Assembly: GCA_051294905.1 (NCBI GenBank)
Contig: CM119373.1
Location: forward strand, 30,132,001 to 30,196,000
Length of the DNA stretch: 64,000 nt
Direction: 5' to 3'
From: Botryllus schlosseri
Taxonomy: Eukaryota
Numbering within the stretch: the first letter of the stretch is position 1; every line of letters begins with the position of its first letter. Positions 10,779-22,916 of this stretch are shown piece by piece. The notes under the pieces were generated by a model. It worked only from the letters and a program-made list of their open reading frames with translations. It did no database searches and was not told where the DNA came from. The position numbers were made by a program, and so were the translations under genes.

Positions 10779-12726
10779 TGGTTTTAAGCAATCTGAAATC
10801 GATCTTTAAGGAATTTGTAACCGATGACCCCGAAGCACTGATAACGTACATACGCAACGCCGATAATCAGGTTTCCTACAGTACCATACATATTCAACGC
10901 AATGAATGCACTGAAAAGCTTTCTCGAGTACGGAATGCATCACAAACCTCATCTCGTCATGAAAGTGGCGTCAACCGAGAACCAGCAACGAGTACTGACC
11001 ATCATTGACACGTATGGTCGAAACGTTAATCTGAAAAGAAAGCAACAAAATCAGAAGCATCTGCATAAAGACATGGACATAATAGACCACAATTGGGCGA
11101 AACTGAAAACGTACGTAGTGCATGCAGACTGTACTGTACATATAGCACGTTATAATACGATCATGTCTCAACAGGTGGCTGAAGTCCGAAGATTTCTCTG
11201 GATATCTGACGGTCAAGATGAGCGCGAAAAATTTTCGAGAATGCCCGGCCACAAACATCGTAAAAATAGGTTCAAGTTCAGGAACGAGGCTTTTGTACTT
11301 CAAAAGAGTCACCCACAATGAACTACTAAATCCCATAACATCTTTGGAGAACAGTGCAACTATAATCTTGCAAGTTAATCACAATAAGGACAAAGGAAAT
11401 CAGGGATTATTCGCGATGGCAAAGGGAGACTATGAACGCTTCAAAGTGGTATGTGTCGCATGCACGATGCATTTCTAAGCATTTCATTTTTCAGATATGC
11501 TTCTTCAGCAATAAAGACAGTGACGGAGAGCCGTTCGGGAACCTTTCGAATTGCGTAACTGCATATTTCAAAAAAAGGGGAATCTCACTTACGTATCAAC
11601 ACCTCAGGAAAATAGTGGCCACCATGGCCGGTACTTTGGACGATTACGAGTCAGGTCACGTTGCAATGTGGTCTGCCCATAGTGCCGAAATTGCTGCTGC
11701 ACATTACGACGGAATTAATCGCGCAAGCAAGACTGCAGTCGGGGTTGCCACATCGGGTCGACTAATGGATATTGTCATGACAAGCACGAACGAGTCGATA
11801 TACGCCGATGCTGCTGCACTGAAAGGTATTGTTTCACTCAGTCCCGTACATGATGCATGAAGCCATAGTCTATGTTGTGCGATGTACGTTACTAGTCATG
11901 TTGCTCTTGTCTGGTCTGTTACAGATCGACACGCAACAGCGGGATCTAGTCGGCAAAAATCAAAAAGTAACAACGAATAACTACTGTTCCCATTCGTACA
12001 ATTCCATACGTATACTATCATGTGAATAAAACAAAGGTTCGTAAAATGATGTTCACATAATATGTGTTGTTTCACTGATGAATCCATCCATACACCGTTC
12101 AATCCATCGTTAAGTTATTCCTGAAAGCATACAAGTTATGACTGCTATTCCTGAAAGAATACGGCAGCAGCCGGCGATTTGGCATAATAAATCAGGATAT
12201 GCAATGATAGCCGATGTACCTGATATATTCCATAAGAAAATATTACCGAATAACAGAAGGGGGATATCTACGGCATTTTTTATTTCCTGCTTGATGTAAA
12301 GTCCCTTGAATGTGACTCCATTCCTTAAGAAAACTAAAAACTATCGATACCGGCTAATTCGTCAACAGCTGAAGCAAGCTCATCTGAGACTTCAACTCCA
12401 CTATTTTTCAATTGATCTTCAAGAACGCTGATGCTATGAATAAATTCAATGTAAGCACGACATTTGGCAAAAAAGTCAACAGCCTACCGTTGCTGACTAA
12501 AATCCAATGATGCTTCCAGCCTCTCTCTACAGACATTCGATAGCGAAGATCGCTTACTTATGGGAACTGTTACCATCTTACTGAGCTTCTCGAACTCTCT
12601 TTTTCTCATTATCATCCTGCTTGACATGAAGACGAGAGCATGCTTGGCATGACACACCCAAAACTGATAAATCGGCAACCATGTAAGTCATTACTAACGG
12701 ATTCTCATAATAGTTGAAGTGAAGCA

Positions 12727-14124
12727 TAGGGGAGACCGGGGACAATTGTAACACTTTTTGGATTTTCCAACATTACGTGTTGTTCTCATGGGAATTTCAT
12801 TTCAAAAGTTTTATATAAGGAAGCCAGCAACTCGATAGTTTACATAGAATCTAAAATGGAACTCAATCAACACTCAATCATGGAAATTTTGGGTCGCGAA
12901 AATCGCCGCTCAAATGTTACAATCGCCCCGTACCCAGGGGCAATTGTACCACCCATGCGGGGCAATTATAACAGTGTTATTTATAAGTGAAAACAAACAA
13001 AATGAACAACGAAAACGGGACCACAACTAGTATTATTGCATCAAACTAAAGAAATAGAAGTTTGAACGCTTCCAGGCTACGCCTCATAGCATTTTGGCAT
13101 TTAAATACAATATCACCCTTCGTGACTTCTTCGTGACCTCAAAGTGTAAAAGAACCACATTCATTCCATCATCTCCTTACACATATTAGGCATCTTCTAC
13201 CAAGGTGCTGTTGTTCAGCGTGCACAATGGGTTGGGCATTGGGTCACCTGCGATGGTGCGAAACCGACCTGGCTAAAATATTTTGGTTGAATGCGCCGAT
13301 GATAGTGGAGAAAAACGAGGACACAACATTTTGTGGAGTCAAAGCTAATGGCAATCTCCTGTTCTGTACGAAATTAAAAAAATTTGTTCACAACAAATGA
13401 CAAAATGTAATTGGGCCATGCTCAAAGTCAGAGGATGAGGATTCAGTCATGGGCAAGTTTTTAAGTGACCATCGAAGGTCGACACACCAAAAGTCGATCA
13501 ACATAAGAAAGGGTGGTAGAATCACGGAAATAACCGAACCGTAAGATTCGCGTCACCACTGCTGTATGGCCATTCCGACAAATGATCATGTTAGAATTGG
13601 TATGGCAAGGTATTATCTGTTCTGGTATTGAACTTATGGCTGTTTCAAGATTCATCCGCAGTAAATAAATGGTTACACCAACATATGAACAAAGATATTC
13701 AGCACTGAAAAGATGTTGTAACGGGGCAAAAGTAACAGAGTGTTACGTTTGCCCCTGACACGCTCGACCATGATTAGTGTCTCAGTATGGTACCTTTTCA
13801 GCGATGCAAGTCCTAGTTTTTCTATCATCAAGGTAGACTGCGGTAACATTGTTCCAGCTACATATATTACGTTTTAACCACTTGAGGTATTATTCGTCTG
13901 AACAAATTATTCCAGACCAGAAAATATTTACTCGAGTGTCCAAAATTTCGTTTTTTTCAAATTATTTCGGAGTGTCGCGTCGTATCTCAACGTAACTTCA
14001 GATATGTTAGGAGAGATAACTACCACATGCGCACTCAAAATATCAAGGCGGTTTATCCACCCTACTAGCGGTGAGGTCGATTGTTACATTTGCCCCTAGT
14101 TACATTTGTCCCCAGTCTCCCCTA
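12727..14124. mobile_element. Non-autonomous pogo/Tc1-like element, TA-flanked
   Basis: TAGGGGAGACCGGGGACAATTGTAAC (12727-12752) versus GTTACATTTGTCCCCAGTCTCCCCTA (14099-14124), 2 mismatches. Subterminal GGGGCAA..GTAAC repeats. It shares TAGGGGAGA with the 152-1114 element. Confidence 0.85.
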
Positions 14125-14600
14125 TTCCCGTCTGCTCGGTAGCATCGCCAATTCCTGACTACATTGCGACTGAACGTTGACATAATATCATCAATGCTGT
14201 CATACTGAATAGCTTTCTTTCGCTTTTCCGGCAAAGGATACTTTATAATCACTCGGCGAGGCTGTAGAATGACTGTGGGATGATGTTTTCGTGGCAAACC
14301 TACTTCTGGTATAGCTCCTAGCTTTATCCAGCTTCTTTGGCTTGAGACATGAATGTCTGATGCCTCAAAATGTTTTTCACAGACGCATTGTTTACCAGAG
14401 TTGACTTTGTTTTTAATGTCAGTGTTGTAGCGGACTTTGAAAATAACCTGAAATGAGGCATACGGTAAAAACTGTAAAGGTTGATCATCACTTTCTTCCT
14501 TCCGGCATGTCTCAAACGTTTTAGACTAAGGATTACAAATAATGAAAAAATGGTAGTATACCAAATCACTGGAAAAATAGTATATTGTAAATGAATATTT

Positions 14601-15964
14601 ATGCGTGGCTTTAGATCTGGTCATAACAATAACCATGCTACCCTTTTAATTGTGACAAATTACTACAAAAGTATTAAACAAAAAAGAGTTGGCTGTAGTA
14701 TCTTTATTGATCTTCGAAAAGCTTTTGATACTGTGAACCACGAGATACTGATACGAAAACTAGAACATTATGTATTTAGAGGGATTGCCAAGTTCCTGCT
14801 CATGAACTACCTGGCAACCGTAAGCAGTTTGTGAAATTAGGTCTATCAAAATCAGCAGAAATGGATGTTGAGTGTGGAGTGCCACAGGGCTCGGTTTTAA
14901 AACCGACCCTCTTTTTGATCTACATCAATGATATTGATCAACTGTTCCTCATTTAATACTAGGCCTACACTGTTTGTCGATGAAACCCATCTTTTTCTTT
15001 CATCCGATACTATGAGCAACCTACACGATGAAACCCATCTTTTTCTTTCATCCGATACTATGAGCAACCTACACTCATCCGATACTATGAGCAACCTACA
15101 AAGTACTGTCCAGAGTGAACTTGTTAAAGTCTTTCAAGGACTTGCTGCCAACAAACTAAGAACTAAGTTTAAATATCGATAAAACTGATGATGCTCTTCA
15201 ATACTGCTTCTGATAACCTTACTGTGAATCTATACAATACCTGTATTTCACTGTGTGACTCAGCAAAATATCTTGGAATCGTCATTGACTCTAAATTGTC
15301 ATGGAAACCCCATATTGTTCATACCATAACACAGCTTTCTAGATGTGTAGGTGTAATGACAAAACTCCAAGCACATAGTTCCTAGGTCTGTGCTTAGGAC
15401 AATTTACTTATCGCTTTTTTACTCGTATCTACAGTATGGCATAATTGTATGGGGGAATGCTTGTACTTCACATTGTTCTAAAATTCGTACGCTGCAAAAC
15501 CGAGCCATGCCTTTGATGGCTGGCTTGCCCCATCGAACGAGGCTATCCTCGTACTACCGCAAATACAAAATTCTAAAATTTGACGATATTCTTATAATAT
15601 AAGTATATAGGGAATTCTATACCCTCATCAATACGGGACCTCTCATACCACTCCTTTAAATAGGAATTATTCAGTCACCTTGTCTCCCATTACAACTGAT
15701 CCGCTTGTCTCACACCAAATTTGTCTTTTGATAGTATTTTATTAGTATGCTGAGCTGAATTGATTGATCCCAACCAATTGCATCCAAATTTAAGGCGCAA
15801 TATCTGACTTTGTTAATGCAGGGTGTGATCAGACCAGTTGACCCTACCCAGAGTCATATCGGTCACACCCTGTCCAATACCGTTAAGTGCATTTATTGTT
15901 GTTTCATGTGCCAATGTTGTTTTCTTTACGGTTGGACAAATCAATAAATCTCTCTCTCTCTCTC
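14601..15964 (+). mobile_element. 5'-truncated CR1/L2-type LINE: degenerate reverse transcriptase and 3' tail
   Basis: GFRSGH, FIDLRKAFDTVNHEILIRKLEHY, GVPQGSVL.PTLFLIYINDI, LFVDET, KYLGIVIDSKLSWKPHI, YSYLQYGIIVWGN and IRTLQNRA across frameshifts. It ends in AATAAA plus a (CT)n tail at 15944-15964. Confidence 0.9.
14979..15100. repeat. 48-bp tandem duplication plus a partial third copy inside the LINE RT
   Basis: GATGAAACCCATCTTTTTCTTTCATCCGATACTATGAGCAACCTACAC x2, then TCATCCGATACTATGAGCAACCTACA. Confidence 0.95.
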
Positions 15965-16452
15965 CGTGTGATGTTGTAATATGTCACACTGCTGATCTAA
16001 ATTTGCAACATGCGGCGTCCCTTCATGCTGGATGACCAACCCTGCCCGTTCGAAGATAAGGCAATATGATTAAATATGCAATGAACATCTAATAAAACAT
16101 GAAAATACCGAGTATAATGACTCGTTACGCACACTCCGTTGCTTAAATTTATTGGCCAATTCAACACCAAACCGAGGTTTTTATCACCAGTTGGGACAAC
16201 GTATAGACGAATTCTTCTTGCAGCAGCAATAGAATATTGCGGAATACTTCCCACTCGTTAGCTTACTACTTTCCGATTTTGCAGATATTTGTTTTTTCGT
16301 GGCTTACCTAGGAACAGCGTCCTATGCAACAGATCTAGGAGATTGCACTCAAAATAAAGATTCACACCTCTGTCGCTAGGTATCTCGCTCCCGCCTATAG
16401 TTGACACGAAAAACAATGGGGTGTAACGACTATCTTATAAAGGCTACGCCTA

Positions 16453-16615
16453 ATACCACCACTACTTCATGCTGCTGTCCCCAACTAGCCTACTAATACG
16501 CTAACAAACAGAGTGACATACTTATTCGCATCCATCATCAGCCACGCTCTCAGCCAACTCTCTACTCAACCAAGTCATCACTCATCATCATTCCGGAAAC
16601 CTCGGCTTTCCACAC
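16453..16615. repeat. Direct repeat copy A (partner 19504-19722)
   Basis: Both copies share ATACCACCACTACTT, CTCTA(C/T)TCAACCAAGTCA and GGAAACCTCGG(C/G)TTTCCACAC. Confidence 0.75.
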
Positions 16616-16760
16616 TACCCCGGCCTATTTTGATTGAGATTTTTTAAAACAAAATCGAAATCACCAATTGCCCAATTCCACAAACAGCTTACAATAACAT
16701 GGGTATGCTTGGCCTCACAGACTGCTCCCCAACATCAAAGTCCGTCGCACTAGTTCCGAC

Positions 16761-18311
16761 CAATGTTCCCTCTAATTTTTCAAGAGTCTGCGCAAACAAG
16801 CCAACTCACTGCGCAGGCCCTCGGACAACAGTGCGCAACCACCCTCCAATGGGGTGATAAACTAACTACTGGGGGGCTTCACCCCCCAGACCCCCCTACG
16901 GCTCTAGACTTCTTCCGGTACTTATCATTAACATTGGGTGCCCGTTTAGTAGTAGCGTCCCTAAACGCGCGAAGCGCGAAAAAATTGGTATAATTCATGA
17001 TTGCATCGGCCAATATCATCGGGAATTGCACATATATTGCTATCAATTTTTATCCTCTCTCTGCTCACATAATCAGATTCACCGGTAACGCTGATCCAGT
17101 GAGGTGTGTTGGAATAGACAGGCCCTCTAAATAATATTAAAACATCTTCGGGCGTACCCGTTGATATAATGACTTCGTTACATGATGCTATTTCGTGACC
17201 CCCTATCTGCTATGTCAAAATATATTGAAATCGCCAAAACGTACTAAAGTAAAAGACGTACAGGATTTCAAATTGATATTTTTTAACTGGAAAATAATGT
17301 TCCCTCGATATGGCATTTGTCTTGTTGTGGGACTCGGATCGCCAGGACAGGAACATTCGGCGCCAGCCATTTAGGCGCCCATGGACATGAACAATTAGCC
17401 TACACATATAGTTGTATATATCGAAGTTTTCGGTCAGCCCCGGGGCAGTCTTTTTCGACCAAGGTTTTCTCGCTGCTGATTGTTCTGGCGCACTTCTTGG
17501 ATTCGCATGTTACATAGCCTTTAACTTCATATGTCTTGGCGCGTCATGATGCGGTAATGACCGACGCCCAACTGCCCATTTCTATAAATCATGCCTATTT
17601 TTTGTTGGGAAAGGGTACCCAATATTCAGATATCTCACAATAATAAAACGCGCGTAGCGCGAAAAAAAATCCTGAAAAAATTCAAAAAATACACCACGAT
17701 TTATGTTCATTCTCGAAATAATTTTGGACCCCCTTCGAGCTCGGTCACTCCAATTGGGGGGTTTGGGGTGCGAAAGTTACGGTCCTGGGGGGTTTGGGGT
17801 GCGAAAGTTACGGTCCTGAGTAAATCTTACGCAATGTTCATGCCACGCGGAGAAGACTATCATTCGTTAGTTTCTCGCAGATTAACTTCGAGCTAGCCCG
17901 TTGTTATTTATAACTTTGTTAAACCATGTTATTTCGCCATTCTCAGAATATAATGCGCTATTGAATTGATATCAGTATCGCTCACGTGTACGAGGCCATA
18001 CTAAAAAAATATCTTCCGTGAGGCGCAGGTGATTGTGAACTGTCATTTCTTCACGGAGCGCAATAGTTACCTTTACTGGGCGCACTTGTACCTCGGTTTC
18101 AGACTTCAGTGATAACACTATTTGGCCCTGGCTATGTTCCATTTTAATTTTCACGAATCTGCGCGCCTGCGTGGTCCATTGGACAACAGTGCGCAACAAC
18201 TATAAAAAAAAAACATAATTTCTGATTTTTTGTGCGCAGCGTAAATTTTCTGTGCGCAGACCGTTTCAGCACTGCGCATTTGCGCACGTGCGCAGCTTAG
18301 AGGGATCATTG
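16761..18311. mobile_element. Non-autonomous hAT element
   Basis: TIR CAATG(T/A)TCCCTCTAA at both ends. Perfect 8-bp TSD GTTCCGAC (16753-16760, 18312-18319). TGCGCA subterminal repeats. Confidence 0.95.
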
Positions 18312-19503
18312 GTTCCGACTGCATTCCAAAGCTTGCCATGGCCACCGTCCAAGCTGCCCTCGGTTGAATGCGAACCCACCATCAACGAATGACGGTTCCC
18401 GGAAGGAGACGCCCGATTCTCCGCCGCCGACACACTGAAGAACTCTTCACTGTCATCATGCAGTGCGTCTGAGCCAACCCTGCGCTTCGACACGGCCCAC
18501 GTCAGGGCTATCAGCTACGAACCAATACTCCGCTTGACCAGCAATCCAGCATATACATTTATTGAAGCTTCAGCGATCAACGTCAATTGCCCAGTTATCC
18601 TCAGGCATCCGCCTCTATACTGCACTCCGACAGCACATAACCCCGTGGCTCAGTCGCATTTTCAGTTCAAGTACACGCGACAGCACTCCAGGCCCTGGTT
18701 GCAATTCTTCACAGCCAATCCACTCCAAATAACTGGCCTCCGCTTCGTACTTCGTAGTAGCCAAACCAGTACGAACGCACGTTCCTATTGTTCACGTCAT
18801 AATGAATCCACCGAACTCTCGGCCACAAAGACACAATAACACATAGTTATTTCAAACGTTCATTCAAATAGCTTCACTTTCCATATACAATATACCAGCA
18901 CACGACAGTCGACATAACATAGGCCTACACACAGCAGCAGCAACCACAAAGATAAACAAGGTCCTGGCGTGCTCGCCAAAATGTGTAGTGACCCCGCTAC
19001 GGCGTATACCAGTAGCGATAACGGGTGTGTTACTGGGCTCGGGACCTCGTCTCTTTGCAACTGCCGCCTGCTCAAATGACACACTTAGTATACACGGCAC
19101 AACCGACAACACTAACACCACACGTCTATCTATGCGGTCATAACTATGTTATGAGTTGACGAAACTCATAACAGCGATGCTCACGCACACATGCATATAA
19201 CAGACCCCAGATCCATTAAACTCTTATACGACGCATGCACACCGCACAGCAAACTGTAACGAAGCTCCACACGTGCCTCACCCACCCATCAGCCTAAACC
19301 TAGCCTAACAGCAGTCTTGCCATCTACAAGCGAGTACGCACTACCAACGGGGCAACATCACTATCTAGGTGCTCGCGTATCACCGTCAGTGACTAAGGCC
19401 GTGCCCCAGCCAACTACCCATGCAGAGATTCCGACCGGTACGTCCAACTCAAGCCTGCAAATACAAGAGCAACTACCCTACTACTTCACGCTGTAACTGC
19501 CTT

Positions 19504-19722
19504 ATACCACCACTACTTTACGCTACCAAACAGTTGAATAGAGAAGTTGGCTGAGAGCGTGGCTGAAGATGGATGCGAGTGAGTATGTCTCTGTTTTGTA
19601 GCGTGTCAACACGCTCAATTCTCTATTCAACCAAGTCAACACGCTGTCTCCAGCCACACCACGCGCAACGATATTCCAAACGGAAAATACCGAACATTCT
19701 GGAAACCTCGGGTTTCCACACA
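19504..19722. repeat. Direct repeat copy B with an internal ~70-bp inversion
   Basis: 19533-19604 is the reverse complement of about 16498-16570, while its flanks match copy A in direct orientation. Confidence 0.75.
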
Positions 19723-20519
19723 TGTTTGCCGTCGGCCCGTCGCAACTCCACGATTCGTTTTCGGTTTGAGAAGTCGATAGGGTATATTTTACAGCTGCGA
19801 TGGTATTGTTAACAGTAGGTGAGGTAAATCCATTTGTGCATCACCGGGTCATTGGTTCTCTATGTTGTCATTGTGCATAACAACACCGGATTTCACATTC
19901 ATGGTATTCTGACATTAATATTCAGATTTTCGGAATTAGTGCGATAAAATCATTCGATTAATACCATTTTCTGATGAATTACGCTATCACAGGTGAGGCC
20001 TGGCTAATCTGTGCATCACCTCCTTGCGAGCTATATTTTTGGACAATAAATGAGTACATCCCCTGCTTTTGTATGTTGAAATGTTCAAAAATTAGCCATT
20101 CGTGAACATCGATGAAAATATACACATAAATATTGGTGTTACAGTCATTGAAGGTGTCACGATTTCAATTTATGCATCTTGACGACATTCACGACAGACA
20201 GGTGAGGCACTGCCTCACTTGCCTCCTCCAACTACATGTCACTACATTGGTTTATTGTCCAATCAATTCAAATGGACCGATATTCTAACCATCTCGATCA
20301 TAGCCAACCCAGAAGTGGGTTTATCTTAATACAATCTCTTTTTTTTGTATTGGGAATCTTACACTATGGTAAGAATATGTTAAGTTTGGGCAATGAGGTG
20401 CTATCATTTGAAGATGCACTCATCATTCACGCAAACCTTCCGCTATCCACTCAACTGCTGCAGTTACATCGAGAGCAGGCCAAGCATAGTTCTTTCGTGC
20501 AATTACTATGGAGCATAAG

Positions 20520-21970
20520 ATAGAGTTTACCAAAGATCAATATCGCTTCATTTATATTGGAATGAGAAAAACATCCTGAAACGGGAGTTACCAAGCGATA
20601 CTACAATCTTAAGGATCCTAATCTTCCACCAAACATACTCTCAGTGGTTTACAGCGATTTGCTTTTTGGTTTATTGAAAACGAGAAATCTTGTGGTGAAC
20701 CACCAATATTTCTGGTACACTGTTTTGGTGATGAATCCTTACATAGCGATCATGCTCATGGAAATCCCAAAACGAAGATAAATATTTACTTTCCCGCCAG
20801 GAAAAACGTGCCTGAAGAGGTCAAAAATAAATCAAAGAGCAAGAAGGCAAATGCAATATATACCGACTGTCAGTCGGAGGCGAGCAAGCATTCCGATCAA
20901 AGACATGCTGCAATTGCCAGGCCTCGCGACCGGAAGCAGGTTGAAAATATTTGCTATAATGCGAAAAAGAACCGCAATGTAACAAATGATGAAATTCTCA
21001 GTGCATTTGAAATAGCATTGCAATCTGAAAAATTTGTCAGAAAGTTTGAATTATTCCCCGACCTCATTATCCATTTCAGTCACCCAGAACTACTACTTCA
21101 GGACGCAGTAAAGTTGATGCGATTGTGTCAGAAGCAGAGTCGCTTCCTCTTAAACAGGTAATATCTGACGACACAACATTACACATTGGTGACTTTTACT
21201 GATCAATAGTTGTTTGTCGGAATGTGCTTTTAAAAAAATGTCCCAATCTATCCAGTTGCATTTATGGTTCACGAGCGCATGTATTTTTTACATCATTGTG
21301 ATTTCATCATGGACGTTATTCAGTGGTATGGGACTCTCAAAAGTTACCAATATCCCCGTTGTGACCAATATCCTCGTTGTGACAGACAGAGAAAGGGGGA
21401 TAACCAAAACATTGCGAAAGCACTTTCCAAATCTCACCAATGTCTTCTGAAGTAATCACATAATTCGTGATGTGGATTTTTTGATAAAAAAAGATGGGGG
21501 TACTTAAGATGATCTGAAGTATATAAGGATGATATCGCTCAATTGATTGCCTCCTAAAAAATGGTTGAAAAATGGTGAATTTTTCAGACTTCGTGGTCGG
21601 TTGACAAAAAAAGGCCAACTTTCCAGCTCAACTCCGGAAGTACAGTTTTTCTTTCACGCTCAACATTGGTTGACTATTTGGTTGAAATTCTTTTCATTCG
21701 GTGTAAAATTTGTTTTCAGAAATGCAAGTGGAACGTAGAATACTTCGAAGCCGGTGACCTTGCAGCATTCAAAATCGCCTGCAGTGGAACTGAAGAGGAG
21801 ACACTTCATTTGTGAGGTGCCAAATTACGAAACAAATCATTTCCCTACTAGTGAGAGCGTGGAGACTCAGTGACGAACCTCAACACAGCCCAAGGAAAAT
21901 CTAATTACAGGCCTGAAACTGTCCGCAGACAGCAGGATCATTTAAGCAAGCGGTCTGGAAAACGAGGAAT
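20520..21970 (+). pseudogene. Degenerate MULE/Mutator-like transposase
   Basis: PRDRKQVEN, FVRKFELFPDLII, ISDDTT.HIGDFY (YDTTF.LGDFY-like), VVTDRERGITKTLRKHFPN, NHIIRDV (C/H motif) and a C-terminal KRSGKR, with many stops and frameshifts. Confidence 0.7.
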
Positions 21971-22639
21971 ATATGCGTGTATGCTAGAAGAGGTTTTCGA
22001 CGATACGATTGTTGTAAACAATGTTCTTTATAATTTTCTCGATCAGTTTCTGACGATCACTGGTCCAATTCTCTCCAGTTGCCAACGATCATACTGACGA
22101 ATGTCGGTTGAAAATATTCGGGGTCATTTCAATATACTATGAAATTGTATATTCAAGTCCTGTACCTCCAAGAAGCTCTTCAGATATAGTATGTTCAGAA
22201 ACCGCCAGCACACCCTCCGGACATGGTATATAAATCGCTTGAAAAGCACCTTTCGTGGTACCGAACTACCGAAAGAGGGCCCTTGGTTCCAGCGACAAGT
22301 TGAATTGCCTCAGAAGGAACGGCCGGAAAATCAAAAGCTGTGTGATGTGTGATGATGAATCATGCGCGAGGACGCACGGCGTATTTGGACTGCGTAACCA
22401 TATCCACATTTATGCAGTATGATGAGGGGGGATCAATACAATGAGTACAAGTATCCTGTATATACATGACTGAGATATGAATGCTCCGCGCTGGGCCAAG
22501 AGCCGATAGTCTCTCGGACGAGACTAACATAGAAGAGACTAACATAAAATTACAGAAGAGACTACGTAAAGTAAAATTACATAAATAAGTAAAATTACAT
22601 AGATCGGTGGATAATCCGCGATATATCAACGAAAAACTC

Positions 22640-22916
22640 ACATAACTCCGCTTCTACTGGTCGGAATTGACTCAAATTTGTATTGCAACGTCTTTGAAGA
22701 CAGCTCAACAATTTCATGGGGTTGGCAGAAAAATTTGGAAATTTTATTTTTCAATTTTCCATCATAAATTAAAAAATTTAATTGGATCTGCGGAGCCCTA
22801 TACGTGTTAGAATTGAACCAAATTTGGTGTGCAGCGTTTTTTAGGGTAACCTGACAATTTAATCAGTGAATGGCTGGAATACGGGGAAAAAAGTTATTTT
22901 TGAACAGCCCTACTGT
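22640..22916. mobile_element. Right-end fragment of a mariner-like MITE
   Basis: Ends TTTTTGAACAGCCCTACTG, resembling CAG..GGCTGTTCAAAA mariner-type termini. No left TIR found. Confidence 0.35.

Larger units (their letters stand above)
10030..11860 (+). pseudogene. Intron-containing tyrosine recombinase (Crypton-like YR), disrupted at its 5' end
   Basis: Introns 11111-11174 (GTACGT..CAACAG) and 11449-11494 (GTATGT..TTTTCAG) join three ORFs in frame: SSGTRLL (R), VNHNKDKG (K), QHLRKIVAT (HxxR), AHSAEIAAAHY (H,Y). A frameshift lies near 10900 and MITEs occupy 10100-10778. The N-terminal extent to 10030 is tentative. Confidence 0.8.

Noticed and set aside
12130-12400. Minus-strand KGLYIKQEI...MEYI as a SET-domain fragment
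   Set aside because: The spacing does not fit, stops follow quickly, and there is no supporting downstream motif.
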